Positions 1 to 11,318 of a stretch of DNA of 64,000 nucleotides are shown here, one piece after another. Made by a program: the position numbers and the translations under genes. The first letter of the stretch is position 1. Each line of letters starts with the position of its first letter. The DNA comes from Giardia intestinalis (Eukaryota). The stretch lies in NCBI GenBank assembly GCA_000002435.2, contig CM018792.1, one strand, 5' to 3'. A model generated the notes under the pieces. The model was not told the DNA's origin, searched no databases, and worked only from the letters and a program-made list of their open reading frames with translations.

Positions 1-186
1 ATCATGATCTTTTCGATTTAGAACACTACAAAACGAAATATCTTTGGTTACAAGACAGATTGGTATTATCTTTTTATCAACATAAATATGTTTCTGGAAC
101 ATTCATGTAGCGCTGCACTGACCTCTTTGTGTATCCGTGAAGGCTTCAGACCTTGGTAGGCGTGGCATTAGCAAACGACTCAATGG

Positions 187-1731
187 TTGAGCATTAATGT
201 CTTTATACTTCTGGTTGGCCTTGCGCTCCATCTGGCGACAGAGGAGTGCACACCCGTCTCTGGTGATCAGCCCGACGCTTGCAAGGCCTGTAGCGCCGTC
301 ATCAACGGCAAGAAGTACTGCTCGCAGTGCAACAGCGGTGGGTCTCAATCTGCCCCGACGGACGGAGTGTGCTTACCAGACAACGCTGTGTGTAATGCAA
401 AAGCAGAAGGAAAGTGCACCATGTGCACGGGAAGCTCCTTCATGTACAAGGGCGGATGCTATGTAACAACCAAGGCGCCTGGCAATGCAGCGTGTACACA
501 AGCAGCTGCTGGAGTGTGCACACAAGCCGCGCAAGGATACTTCCTGCCACCCGATGCTGATAGAGATAATGCACACCAATCGGTTATACCATGTGGAGAT
601 GTTGAAGAAGTGTTGGCTGGAAACAGCCACAAGTACAAGGGCGTGCCGCACTGCACTCGGTGTGACACGCCTGACGCAGCAACCGATGCTAACGCCAAGG
701 CTGCCACGTGCACGGCATGTGAGGACGGGTACTTTGTAGATAGCAGTAAAGGGTGCACTGCCTGTGATAGTAGTTGTAAAACGTGTGAGGCCACAGGAGA
801 TACTAAGTGCAAGTCGTGTAAGGATGGCTACTTCCTGGCCGCAGCAGATAATAATCCAGGCAAGTGCATATCATGTGGAGATGTTCAAGGCTCAAGTGGC
901 TGGAAGGGGGTCGCTGGATGCGCCAAGTGCAACAAACCAGCTAATGCAAACACCCCTGCCACATGCACTGAGTGCCAGGAAGATAAGTATCTGAAGACAG
1001 GTGAGACATCCAGCTGTGTCAGTGTAGAGGAGTGTAAGGATGGATTCTTCCCCACGACTGATAAACAAGGCAAGAAGGTGTGTGCTAAGTGCAGCGATAC
1101 TGCCAATGGTGGCATAGAGGGCTATGCAAAGTGCTCTCTCAAGGCAGCGTCTGCAAGAGCAGGTCCAATAGTTACGTGCTCTGAGTGCACCACAAACAAC
1201 CTGAGCCCCCTGAAGGACGCGTGTCTAACAGTCTGCCCTGCCGGGATGCATGCCAACAGCAAGGTGTGCACCCCCTGCCACGAGTCGTGCGCCGGCTGCC
1301 AGACCGATGACAAGGAGACTTCCTGTACGGCCTGCTACCCCGGATTTATACTCGTACGTGCTGGGGCTACCGATAAGGGCACGTGCGTTAAGGAGTGTAC
1401 AGGAGCAGCTGGAGCTGGTTGTGAAAGCAACATGTGCAATGCCAAGATAGCAGGGTCCAATTACTGCTCCAAGTGCATTACGGGGCAGGCACCCATCAAC
1501 GGTATTTGTACATCCGTAACAAGGTCCGCGAGAGATGCAGTCGGTTGTGCTCCGAGTAATGGAAAATGCACAGCGTGTACAGGAGACTATTTCCTCCAGT
1601 TTGGTGGATGCTATGAAAAGACGCAGTTCCCGGGAAAGATGGTATGTGCAGATGTAGACTCACAAAGAAAGTGTAATAGTTGCTTAAAGTTTGTGATGTA
1701 CATTTTGACGTTGTTGCGGAGCTGGAAGTAG
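187..1731 (+). pseudogene. VSP-like cysteine-rich protein, 5' fragment: signal-peptide-like N-terminus and two GGCY subdomains with many CXXC motifs, but no transmembrane segment or CRGKA tail. The ORF opens with TTG, and no in-frame ATG lies between it and the upstream TAG
   Basis: About 25 CXXC/CXC motifs. GGCY motifs occur at aa ~90 and ~485 (MYKGGCYVTTKAPG, LQFGGCYEKTQFPGKMVCAD). Homology to the array VSPs stops near nt 1690, and the ORF ends ...LKFVMYILTLLRSWK with no TM/CRGKA. A TAG lies at 169-171, and the first codon of the ORF is TTG at 187. It could alternatively be a secreted high-cysteine protein. Confidence 0.45.
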
Positions 1732-2173
1732 ACTGAGAAGATCGATTTGAGGAGATTGAGGCAGGATCCTTCTACACGACTAACATCTGTCTGCAAAATA
1801 TTAACAATAAGAATGTCGGCAATGGCAGATGCGAAAGCGCCTATACAGCGTTCAATATTCTGATCATTTTCTGTGGCACGCTCTTTGCTCTCGGACCCCT
1901 TACAATAGAGTAGTAGTATGGTCGGATAGGATCCTGCACCTGGGATGAGTCCCGCTGTAAGCCCCTTGGTCGTCTTTTGTCGGTCGTCATCTTCATCCAA
2001 CGCCTTGAGGCATGTTCCAAAGAGGTCGTTGAAGAGGGTTGACCTGCTATATGACTGGTCAAGAATAACGACACACGCATAATGAAGGGAGTCAGAGCTG
2101 GGATGCTCCGCGCAAGAGCCATATACTTCTTGCTACATGCGCCCTCGTCTGTAACAAAAGGAGCCTCTATTCT

Positions 2174-3236
2174 TCAATGAATAGGGTCGATACCACTGTC
2201 TTCCTCAGTAAGGTGTTCTTCAGCAGCTTCAACATTTGTACCACCGAAAAGATATACAAGTGGGGGCTTAGACATGTTCGTGGACGTAGAGGAAGTTAAA
2301 GAAACCGTAACATTTGTCGGAGTGGAGCGTTCTGCAAGATGTTCGGATTCCTTATGTTGATCCTCCGCTTTAATTGCAGGGCTATTGAGTGTTTGGAAAA
2401 AGCCAATGATCTTTCTGGTCGTGGGCTGCTCTGCCGGGTCCAGGATGAATATCTTCTCGATGACAGTTCTTACGAATTCATCTGTGATGGCGCCCAAATC
2501 AGGCCTCCACTCATTGTCAAAGACTGCTTTCGCATCCTCTGGCTCCCAAAGTGTGAAAAGCTCGGCAAGCTCATACATGACGACTCCAGAGGCTCAGATA
2601 TCCGAAGCGGTGCTCGTCTCGTATGAAGGTCTCGGGGGCCATGTATGCCGACGTTCCTGCAAAGGTGCCTCCACTATGCAGAGAGTCCTTGCAGGGCCCA
2701 AAGTCTGCGAGCACGATGCGCTAGCCGTCCCTATTCATCAGAGTTGGCGGGCCCGAGGTCCCCGTAGACGAGGCTGTAAGATAAGCTCCCGTCTTCGGCC
2801 GCCTTGCGAGGGTTGTGGGGGTAGGCGAGGGCGTCAGCCATCTGCTCTAGGAGAGGGAACATCAGCCCCTTGGGACTGGGTTTACGAGCTGCCCTGTAGG
2901 CAGTGATAAATTTCTGGAGATCCCTGTGGTGGCGGTCCATGATGACGAAGATGGGTCGTTGCTCCTGATCACCTGGTGATACTTGATGACGCTAGGCTGG
3001 GAGAGTCTTGTGACAGTTTTCAGTTCGCACTCTGTGAGCTTCTTCTCACTACGCTTGATCATCCTCTCCTCCACAGAAAGGCCTGGACACCCATCGATGG
3101 CGCGAACGGCACCGAAGGCCCCTTTGCCTAGCAGCTCGCCTTCGCGCTGATACAGCTCTTCGGGACTGAACATGGGGATGCTATCGGGGCCACTGCCAGC
3201 GCTCTCTGCAGCACGAGTGGGACTCTCACTGACCAT
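2174..3236 (-). pseudogene. NEK-like serine/threonine protein kinase pseudogene, with kinase subdomains spread over at least 4 reading frames plus in-frame stops
   Basis: N-lobe ORF 2862..3257 carries GELLGKGAFGAV (glycine loop) and ...SVIKYHQV. The next frame (2731..2940) carries LLEQMADALAYPHNP and a degenerate catalytic loop YGDLGPANSDE followed by TAG. A third frame carries RIVLADFGPCK...GTSAYMAPE. The C-lobe frame (2174..2578) carries DI*ASGVVMYELAE, where the conserved DIWSLG Trp codon is TGA, then ...FVRTVIEKIFILDP. Confidence 0.55.
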
Positions 3237-5682
3237 GTCATGCGCAATTAGATTCACGCTTTCTATTACGCCAAACTAACAATTACTGTACTGGGGCCAA
3301 TTTTCGCAGAATCTGTGGATAGATAGCAATCACGGATTCGGTGAGCCTCAGCCTTGCTACCTCCTGGTCGAACGCTTTTCCTGTGCCAGAGAGGGCCCCC
3401 ACCGCCCGAACAGACTAACCCCGATACCGAAGTGGAGCACGTCTAGGCCCGACGGTGGAGAACCCTGGACCCGTTCATCAACAGCAGCCGCCGCAGCCGG
3501 GTCACCTGCCCCTCAGGTATCCCCCCGCAAACGCAGCTCGCCGCCCGGGGCACGACTGTCCGTGGCGGCGGCCAGCCCTTCATCAAGGGGGCGCGGTACT
3601 CAACCATGAGACGGCGCAGACCATGACCTGCAGATGCCGACAGGCATCCGGTGCCCTGTGGCCTGCCATGGAGGAGGGTGCAGGTACCACGAGTCTGCGC
3701 CTTTTGCTAGTGGCCGCCGATGCCCCTCTGCCGGACTATGTTGGCACCTTCGCTGACTCGTGCTGCGTTAGACTCCGGATGCATGTACCGTGGGCTGACT
3801 ACCAAACGCGATCGCAGCCCACATGGAATAGACAAGGCCTGCCTTGCTGACAAGAGTGAACTTCCTCTTCTCGGGGGAGGAGTCCACCGCACGCCTGAGC
3901 AAGAACGTGCATGGCCACCCAGCTTCTTTTGTAGATCAAGCCCAGCGATGGGCGGGACTTGTCGCCGCCGGTCGGTGACGCCACCTCTTCTGTCCGCTTT
4001 CTGGGATGCCACTGGGGCTCAGAGGCAGCGGGCATGCGGGAGGGTCGCCCAACGCACGCTCCCTAGGCCGTGTTGCGGAGGCCGGTCATCACGTATGGAA
4101 GGGGTTCGCAACAGGGCGCCGACGTGGGCAACGCCATGGATACCGCTCTATCCATTTTCAGTAAGCGGCTTTATCCCAGCATATAGTATTCTATGGTCTA
4201 ATTGTCCCATAACAAACCATACAAAAGCAGACCTTGCACAACCATAATCACCCTTAGAATGCATCAGAGTCAACAGGATAGATTCCAAGGGCCCAGAAAT
4301 TCAGTACTCTTGGTGCCTCGTTGTAAAGGGATTGCCAAAAGTATCCACACCACTTAGCCCTTAGTCCTCACAGAGCACTGACGTGGAAATGCAGTGTGGC
4401 TTACCTTTATGGGCTGATCTCCGTTTTCTGGCTTATAGATTAGTAGGCCCAACTTTGTCGATATCCTTAATAACCTTCCTGAAACTCCTTTCTGGATCAC
4501 CACTCTTATGGTAGAATCACGCGTCTGTATGAGCTTTGTGCATCCAGGTCATTCGTGTCATCGGGTCCGAAGACAGGGCCGATAACACGCGCGGCCTGAA
4601 TCCACTTATCATTGACAAAGGATGTATGCCCAGGTGTGAAACCGTGCCACAGCTTTGCATCTGGTGGAAAAGGCAAGACAGCTTTCTCTCATATTGCATA
4701 GGCTCAACTCTCTAACATAGATAAGCACGCTTCAATGTCGTAGTGAGAATAAAAAGGGCCAGCTAGAGGCTCATGATTGCATTGGCCACGACACACACAG
4801 TTGCTATTCCCCAATAGGCATCAGATTTATTCTATTTCACTGAACCTGGGTTGCTAGCCTTTGTCTGAGTAAATCTCCTATGGAAACGCCACCGCACTGG
4901 GTGATCCTCATCCGAATATAGGGCGTTCCGGAGATTCTTGCACAGGCCTTCAGCGAGATCCTCAGCGCGATCCATAGGATGGGATGCGTGCTCTGTACGG
5001 TTCCGCCTGGCCCTTCCCCAAGGGCGAGGCAGGACAACCACGATCAGCAGACGATCATGATTTGCTCCACAAGACAGTTCCAAGGAGCTGCGTCGGGGCC
5101 TTCCTCCGGCTGGGACGCGCTGCACCCTTGGACTCGGTCCCTCGGGGCCCTGAGCATGCTTCTGTGCTGCGCGGGACAGAACCTGCTCGCCAGGAGCTGA
5201 GGAGAGACCCCGCTCATTGCCCATGTCGACGACGCACTTAGCTTCCATAGTAGCAACAGTGACGCGACGGGGCAGTCACAGAGGCGACAGGCCTGGTGAA
5301 GCAACATGGCTCGACGGTCAACACTGGGTGTAGGAGTACGGAGGGACAGGAGGCCTCTCTCCTGGCCGGTCTCAAGGAGCCCCCAGGGCAACCGAGGGCC
5401 GAAGCTAGTGATGGCACTAATCACTCGCCGTGCTGGTTGAGACGGACCCACACGTGACCTATGTGAATCCCTCGACAAGAAATAGGAGTTGGGGTGCTTG
5501 GCTGGCAGAGGCGGACTGATCCTGCCCGCACCGGAGAGTGGTGGCGGCTCACATGAGAGATCACTCAGGTAGTAGGTGACCTCACCCCGGTGACACGGAG
5601 AGTAAATTAGTATCCTAGCCAGATTAAGTATTTTCATTGTAACAATCTTAGTTTGAAAATAATTATAGATTGTACTTCGCAT

Positions 5683-8600
5683 TTACATTGTTAGGATCGC
5701 AGAAATATCCTCATCACTTAGAGCGCCTAGGAGATGTCGCCTATCGGATTCGTCTAATATTAACCCGCTTGTCGGTTCGTGGTATATGCGATTGGGGGCA
5801 GTGTCTTCTAAATTAGGATACTTTTCATATTGCTTGATCATGTAGTCTATGTTTCGTAGCTCGCTATTAACAGCGCGTTCTATAGAGCCTGGAAGCCGCG
5901 GAGAGATTGGTTCGCGGCTAGCTAGCATCGGGCCGGGATCAACTGGGGTTCTACTGAGAGTAAACGACCCCGCAGAATTGGATCGAGGTAACGGCCGGTC
6001 TTTTGCTGGGATGCGGTACTCTGAACCACTGGGCGTGTAGGGTGCACGCGCAGACTGTGGCCGCAGTGGCTGTGTTTGGAGGTCTACTCGTGGAGAAGGC
6101 TGTAGCGCAGGATGAGAGTGATATGCCTCGTGCTGCTTCTGTTGTTGTTGGATGGTTTGCTTGGCAGCTCGTAATTCTGAAACCAGCGTTCTGATCCTGC
6201 CTTTGGCCACAGTCAGCTCTTTGTTGAGGGCCTCCACTTCTTCGGCCTTAGCAAGTACAGCAGGGCTCTTTGTAGACGGCGTACTTCGTCGAGCATCGAG
6301 ATCCTTCTTGAGTCGGACTACGTCTGCATGTAGAGACTTGTTTTTCGCCTGCATCTTTTCGTTTGCCGCGACAACCCCTTCAAGGTTTTTCTGGAGCTCT
6401 GCGAGCTTCTTGTCCTTTTTGGCCAGCGAGTTAGCGTGTTCAGCCTTCAACATTGCTTGAATGTTGGACAGTGCACCTTCGTGAGAGCGCTCTCGCTCCT
6501 GCATATCGGCTATTTGCTGCATAAATCCTTGCACTTTAGCATTTTCGTCGCGTAAAAGCCGTTCTAGCATATTACACTTATCAACTTTCATCTGTATGCT
6601 TTCCATCGCAGACTCTAGCTTTGCCCTCACTTGCAGCAGTTCGCAATCTGCTTCCCTAGCTTTTATTTTCATTTCTTCCTTGAGTTCTTCCACTTCTATC
6701 TGAGCTGCAGTCAGCATATCTTGCATGTTTTTACAGTCTTGGCACTCAAACCGAGGGGTTTGGGTTCCGACCCCAGTAGCCATGGTTGTGATACTATCAG
6801 TATACAGGGACAATGCAACATCTGGAGGCATTGACGTGTTGACCTTGCTATTTAGTGCAGAGAGATTGTGCATCCTATTGGCCAAGTCTTCATATTCAAT
6901 TCGCGAGACAATATCCATGTGAGATAGTTCTGATTGGGAAGACTTGTAGGAGGTATGAACAATCATAGTCTGCACTGATACAGTTACCGTTTTATCAAAG
7001 GTGTCGCTCCTTCTTAGCGATGTAGGCGACCGCACGAAGTGGAGCATTGCAGGAGTTGTAATAGAGGAATCCATAGGGGCGTCTAAATTGACCAGACTAA
7101 CCTGACATCCAATGGAGCTGGCAGTGCGATCAGATTGACTTCCAGAGAACTCGGAGATCTGCTTCTTAGCAGACAACAGTTCTTCCTGGAGAAGCCTTAT
7201 CTTGTTCCGCATAAGATTCTGAACAGATGACGCGCTCATCGGTCCATTTGCAGTTTCTAACAGATCAAGAAATGATAAGCTAAGTTTCTCATCGCCAGTT
7301 GAATCAGAATACATCTGAAGGCTGCTAGACGGTCTTTCACCTAGATTATCCCCAACTTGATGCTGTTCGGCTTTGGTAGGCATGGAAGCTGAGAAAAGCT
7401 TTTCTCTCAGATCCTCATTCTCCTGCTGGAGTTGCAGTACTTTTTCACGTAATATAGTAAAGCGATCGGACATGCGACTAAATTTAGAGAAGACGCGTCC
7501 AAGAGTGTCTCCAAGCCGTACCTTACATGCCTCAGTAGCACCTTCCGGCTCTACACGAACGCCTGATAAAAGCAAGTCCTGTACATCAAATTGCCTCTCA
7601 GGACTTGATAGTTTAGCACTGGCACCTCTACCATGTTCAGTGGGTGTTGTATGAAGAGATTGGAGCCTATGGTACTGAATACACTTCTCAATGTCCACCG
7701 CATAGCTCTCAATAATTGCTTTACAACCTTGCGCAGACCCTGTGTAAGCATTATAAAGTTTCTGGAGCCGAACACGCAGACCAGCCATGTCTGTACATTC
7801 ATTGTGTAAGCTAGTGTTTTCAGCTTGCAAAGCCAGGACCTGGTCCATAAGCTCTTGCTTTTCGTCCTTTAATGTCTTAATTGAGGCAACTAACGCATCA
7901 TACTCAGCTCCTTGTAAAATGTCACACTGAACTGAAGCAGAAAAAGTTTCCTTTTTCGTAGAATATAACTGTAATTCCTTTTCTAGCTTTGTAGTTGTCT
8001 CTTTTGCTTCAATGAGCTGTTGACGAAGACTCTCTTCCGTAGCCTTGAAGGAACGTAGTGCCTGAGTATATAATGATCGAATGTTCGAAAGATTGGATCG
8101 GATTTTGTCCTTCTTGCAGCAGATAAAGCGAATTGCACCCAACTTAAGACTTAAGCGAGTAACCTCACGATAAATTCTATCAGCTAGCTCAGTATTAAGC
8201 TGCTCTAAGGTTGAGATCCTCCTCTCGCATGCGCTTACAATGCGCTTGCTAGATGAAAGAATGAGCATTCCATTCTCTTGGGTCCCCAACATGGAAACAT
8301 CCTCGTGCAGTGTGTGATGGAAAAACGAAGTACCAGCATTAGTGGTTGCTTGTGTAGAAGGAACTGTTAGCCTAGAAAAATCTCCTGTCATATTGTCTGT
8401 CAATGGAGGTAAGGTGATAATCTCTCCTAGTCCTTCGCAAAGGGAAGAGATTCGAGACTTCATCCCTTGAAGCCTTAATTTAAGAGCTTTTAGTTCAACT
8501 TTCTTATCATCTGCTGATAGATTATTGAATGCTTTGGATTCCGCAAAACATGCCTGAAGCTCAGCTTGGAGGCCCTCACTGGGGCGAATAATGACGCCAC

Positions 8601-11217
8601 CTTCGGCTCGGCCTTTCTGCCACGCTGACTGCTGGGTTAGAGACTTTCTTGCATGCTCGACAGCGGAAAGCTTTGTCGGGACAAAGTTGGGGCCGCTATT
8701 CTGGCCTGCCTGCTGCGGTGGGACCTCATCATATATGATACCTGCAGCAGCTAGTCTAGAACTATACTCTGTGGGCGTTTCACTTTCTAGGATGAGAGCT
8801 AGGCTGTTGCAAATACGATAAGATGCCTCTCCCTCCAGCAGTGCTTCTGCACATCGCTTTATACTTAGAAATGCCAGTTGTAGGCCTGCAGAGTCATGCT
8901 GGGAGCTGCTTCTAACCGAGATAGAGGATGTCTGGGTAGTCGACGATGCTTGCTTGCTAGTTTGAAGGATAGCCTTGGTCAGTAACAGATCGTTTTCCTC
9001 ATTAAATAGCCGCAAGGACTCTTCCATCTCTTTGCATCGAAGACCATGCCCCTGTAGTAGCAAGGAGGAATACATGGATGCTAAGCTCTCTGCAACCATG
9101 CATCTAGCATATAGAGCCTCTACTGAGTCCTCTTTGTCTAGCGATGACAAGTCTTGCAAACTGATCCTGGCTTGGAGATTCACCTGGCGCTGCAGAAGCT
9201 CATTTTCAGCTGTCAACTCATCAATCCGTTCAGCAAACATAATGATCCTGTTTCGCGCAGCAGTAAGATCGTTAATCAATAGAGAAAGTTCATGACTAGA
9301 TGACCAGCTGTCCTTCACACCTTGGTAAGGGAGACGGCCCTTAGAATAAAATTGCTCCAACACATTGTAGCATATACTGCGATAGCGGACTGCTGTATCA
9401 TAGAAGAATTCTGTTGTCTTTTTGGAATCAACCATGCTATTAAGTATCTTCAGTAGGTGTCCTCCGTGTCCGCTAGATAGCGGCGGATTGAGGATGGAGC
9501 TGATATGGGTGTTCATGCGGGATACTATCGCGCTATGCGTTGACAGGGTAGATGCATCAGAGGAGCCCTCAGCGGAAGTTTGGGACTTATTAACTGATGT
9601 AATAAGCTTTTGTTTCCCACGCGTATCTTTGTTATCCTTCACTAGCTTGTACATGCTATCCTGCTCAGTGATAATAGCATGAATATCTGCACACAATCGC
9701 GAATTCAAACGCTCAAGACGGTGGATCTCTGCCTCTAGCTCGTGTTGTCTCATCATCGCCTGATTGCATCTTATTTCCCAAAGACTATCGGGTATAGACA
9801 CTGGCAACAATGAAACAAGTGATTTAATTGCATTTCTATTGATATGTATCTCATTCTTTTCGTTATTTTTTAAGTCTGGTTGTTCTGTGTTGTCAACAGG
9901 TTTGTAATTTTGTGTTGTCAGCGCTCTCATTAGCTCTAGATCCTGCTCCCATAACCCGTCTCTATATGATTGTAATACAAGTGTTTCAACAACATTGCTA
10001 TTAAACAAGTCCGATTTTAGAATTTCATCTTGAACTGTGTTAACAATGCCCAGCCCCAGCTTTATCTTATAGATTTCTCGTATCTTGATGAGGAGGGCTC
10101 TCTTAAGCTCCATAATAAGATCTTTGTCATCCTCATTGCTCACTTGAAGGATCTTGTGGATTTTCAAGTTGTACTCAGTCTGAGTAGTCGCGTGGACAGG
10201 CTTTCTATGGATTGTCTCCTTAGTTATGTCATTGGATGATTCTGAGTCGGATTCTATATACTCATATTCAAGATCTGTAGCTGAAGCTGAGCCACCGTTA
10301 TCACTGGTAGACGTTCCAGAGTCTCCTAAGGAGACCTTCGATACCCGACGTCGGCGCTTCTTGAGTTCTTGTTGTCTTCTTTCAATGACACCGTTTTCTC
10401 CCTCTTCTATTACCTCTATGCGGGTCGAAAATCGAATAGACTTTTCCAGTGGAACATCGGGGCCCAGAGAGACAGAATTTGTAGCAACACGCTTATATAT
10501 CTCCAGATCCTCGGTTTGCTTGTCGCGGAGAGACTTCTCACCCATGTCTATGATGATGTTATGGAGCTCCTGTATCTTCGTGTCCTTTTCAACAAGCAGT
10601 GCTTCCATATTTGCCCGCTCTCTGATGCACGCATCTACTTTTGCTGACAGCGCTATTGCTTTCTCATTGATTTCATGCATGAGTTGAAGGTCCTTTTTCT
10701 GCTCAGCGACTTGCGCCTGGCTGGTTGCTATAACTCGATCTCTATCTGTGATTATTTCTTGAAGTCGACTAATTTCTTCATCCCGCTCTAGTAAGCATCT
10801 TTCTAACTTATCATAATTCTCTTGAAAGGCCTCATCCATTGTGGCGCTTTGAGTTTCCATAGTTTGCTTTAATAGGAGTAATTCTGTAGTTTTCGCCTCA
10901 TTCTGACTACGTAGATGCCGTAATTCCGTCTCCATTCTGCTTAGTTTAGCTTCGAGCGCATTCTGTGTTCGCTCTAACAGAAGCTCCTTTTCCGTTTGAT
11001 CCTTAAGCGCTGCCTCCATGGTTCCAAGGATGTGCTTGTGCTGTCGAACCTCTTGAACGTGTACTTCGCCCAAACTAATTAGTTGAACGCAGGCTTCTGG
11101 TAAGTCTCCTCGCTTCATCAGATCAATGCATTCACGATACTCCTCAGGAAGCTTCCTTACTCTTTGGGCCAAAATGACGGGATCAATCTGCTCCCCTGCA
11201 CTCCCTTCCCCTGCCAT
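5683..11217 (-). CDS. Large coiled-coil protein (1844 aa), function unknown
   Basis: Uninterrupted 5.5 kb ORF with an ATG start (cat at 11215-11217 on the + strand) and a TAA stop. It has long heptad-like Glu/Lys/Leu/Gln-rich stretches (e.g. ...ELRHLRSQNEAKTTELLLLKQTMETQ..., ...LEEADCELLQVRAKLESAMESIQMKVDKCNMLERLLRDENAKVQ...). The C-terminal 200 aa are Pro/Ser-rich. Confidence 0.7.
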   Translation of the reverse strand: MAGEGSAGEQIDPVILAQRVRKLPEEYRECIDLMKRGDLPEACVQLISLGEVHVQEVRQHKHILGTMEAALKDQTEKELLLERTQNALEAKLSRMETELRHLRSQNEAKTTELLLLKQTMETQSATMDEAFQENYDKLERCLLERDEEISRLQEIITDRDRVIATSQAQVAEQKKDLQLMHEINEKAIALSAKVDACIRERANMEALLVEKDTKIQELHNIIIDMGEKSLRDKQTEDLEIYKRVATNSVSLGPDVPLEKSIRFSTRIEVIEEGENGVIERRQQELKKRRRRVSKVSLGDSGTSTSDNGGSASATDLEYEYIESDSESSNDITKETIHRKPVHATTQTEYNLKIHKILQVSNEDDKDLIMELKRALLIKIREIYKIKLGLGIVNTVQDEILKSDLFNSNVVETLVLQSYRDGLWEQDLELMRALTTQNYKPVDNTEQPDLKNNEKNEIHINRNAIKSLVSLLPVSIPDSLWEIRCNQAMMRQHELEAEIHRLERLNSRLCADIHAIITEQDSMYKLVKDNKDTRGKQKLITSVNKSQTSAEGSSDASTLSTHSAIVSRMNTHISSILNPPLSSGHGGHLLKILNSMVDSKKTTEFFYDTAVRYRSICYNVLEQFYSKGRLPYQGVKDSWSSSHELSLLINDLTAARNRIIMFAERIDELTAENELLQRQVNLQARISLQDLSSLDKEDSVEALYARCMVAESLASMYSSLLLQGHGLRCKEMEESLRLFNEENDLLLTKAILQTSKQASSTTQTSSISVRSSSQHDSAGLQLAFLSIKRCAEALLEGEASYRICNSLALILESETPTEYSSRLAAAGIIYDEVPPQQAGQNSGPNFVPTKLSAVEHARKSLTQQSAWQKGRAEGGVIIRPSEGLQAELQACFAESKAFNNLSADDKKVELKALKLRLQGMKSRISSLCEGLGEIITLPPLTDNMTGDFSRLTVPSTQATTNAGTSFFHHTLHEDVSMLGTQENGMLILSSSKRIVSACERRISTLEQLNTELADRIYREVTRLSLKLGAIRFICCKKDKIRSNLSNIRSLYTQALRSFKATEESLRQQLIEAKETTTKLEKELQLYSTKKETFSASVQCDILQGAEYDALVASIKTLKDEKQELMDQVLALQAENTSLHNECTDMAGLRVRLQKLYNAYTGSAQGCKAIIESYAVDIEKCIQYHRLQSLHTTPTEHGRGASAKLSSPERQFDVQDLLLSGVRVEPEGATEACKVRLGDTLGRVFSKFSRMSDRFTILREKVLQLQQENEDLREKLFSASMPTKAEQHQVGDNLGERPSSSLQMYSDSTGDEKLSLSFLDLLETANGPMSASSVQNLMRNKIRLLQEELLSAKKQISEFSGSQSDRTASSIGCQVSLVNLDAPMDSSITTPAMLHFVRSPTSLRRSDTFDKTVTVSVQTMIVHTSYKSSQSELSHMDIVSRIEYEDLANRMHNLSALNSKVNTSMPPDVALSLYTDSITTMATGVGTQTPRFECQDCKNMQDMLTAAQIEVEELKEEMKIKAREADCELLQVRAKLESAMESIQMKVDKCNMLERLLRDENAKVQGFMQQIADMQERERSHEGALSNIQAMLKAEHANSLAKKDKKLAELQKNLEGVVAANEKMQAKNKSLHADVVRLKKDLDARRSTPSTKSPAVLAKAEEVEALNKELTVAKGRIRTLVSELRAAKQTIQQQQKQHEAYHSHPALQPSPRVDLQTQPLRPQSARAPYTPSGSEYRIPAKDRPLPRSNSAGSFTLSRTPVDPGPMLASREPISPRLPGSIERAVNSELRNIDYMIKQYEKYPNLEDTAPNRIYHEPTSGLILDESDRRHLLGALSDEDISAILTM

Positions 11218-11318
11218 GTTTCTAGAAAGCTCTTATTTCAGCCAGGAACGCTCCTCTGAAATGTAAAAGATGGGAATTTTAATCATTTTTTGCTCCCATT
11301 CACTCAGCGGTTGACAGA
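11218..11318. promoter_or_regulatory. Divergent intergenic region (101 bp) between two head-to-head genes; AT-rich tract immediately upstream of the + gene ATG
   Basis: ...gaaatgtaaaagatgggaattttaatcattttttgctccc... Giardia promoters are short AT-rich initiator regions within about 60 bp of the ATG (established knowledge). The call rests on position and composition only. Confidence 0.35.

Noticed and set aside
103-348. 81-aa minus-strand ORF overlapping the start of the VSP-like ORF
   Set aside because: It is antisense to a clearly VSP-like coding region and has no start context.
1611-2122. Two overlapping minus-strand ORFs (129 and 93 aa) downstream of the kinase pseudogene C-lobe
   Set aside because: No recognisable motifs, and they overlap the 3' end of the VSP-like ORF. 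They probably belong to the decayed region.
2385-2906. 173-aa + strand ORF
   Set aside because: It lies antisense to the recognisable kinase subdomains of the NEK pseudogene and has a GC-rich Arg/Ser composition, so it is likely spurious.
3300-5680. GC-rich ~2.3 kb region considered as rDNA or another structural RNA
   Set aside because: No match to conserved SSU/LSU rRNA segments was recognised and there is no tRNA-like structure. It is left as unassigned GC-rich DNA, possibly decayed coding sequence.
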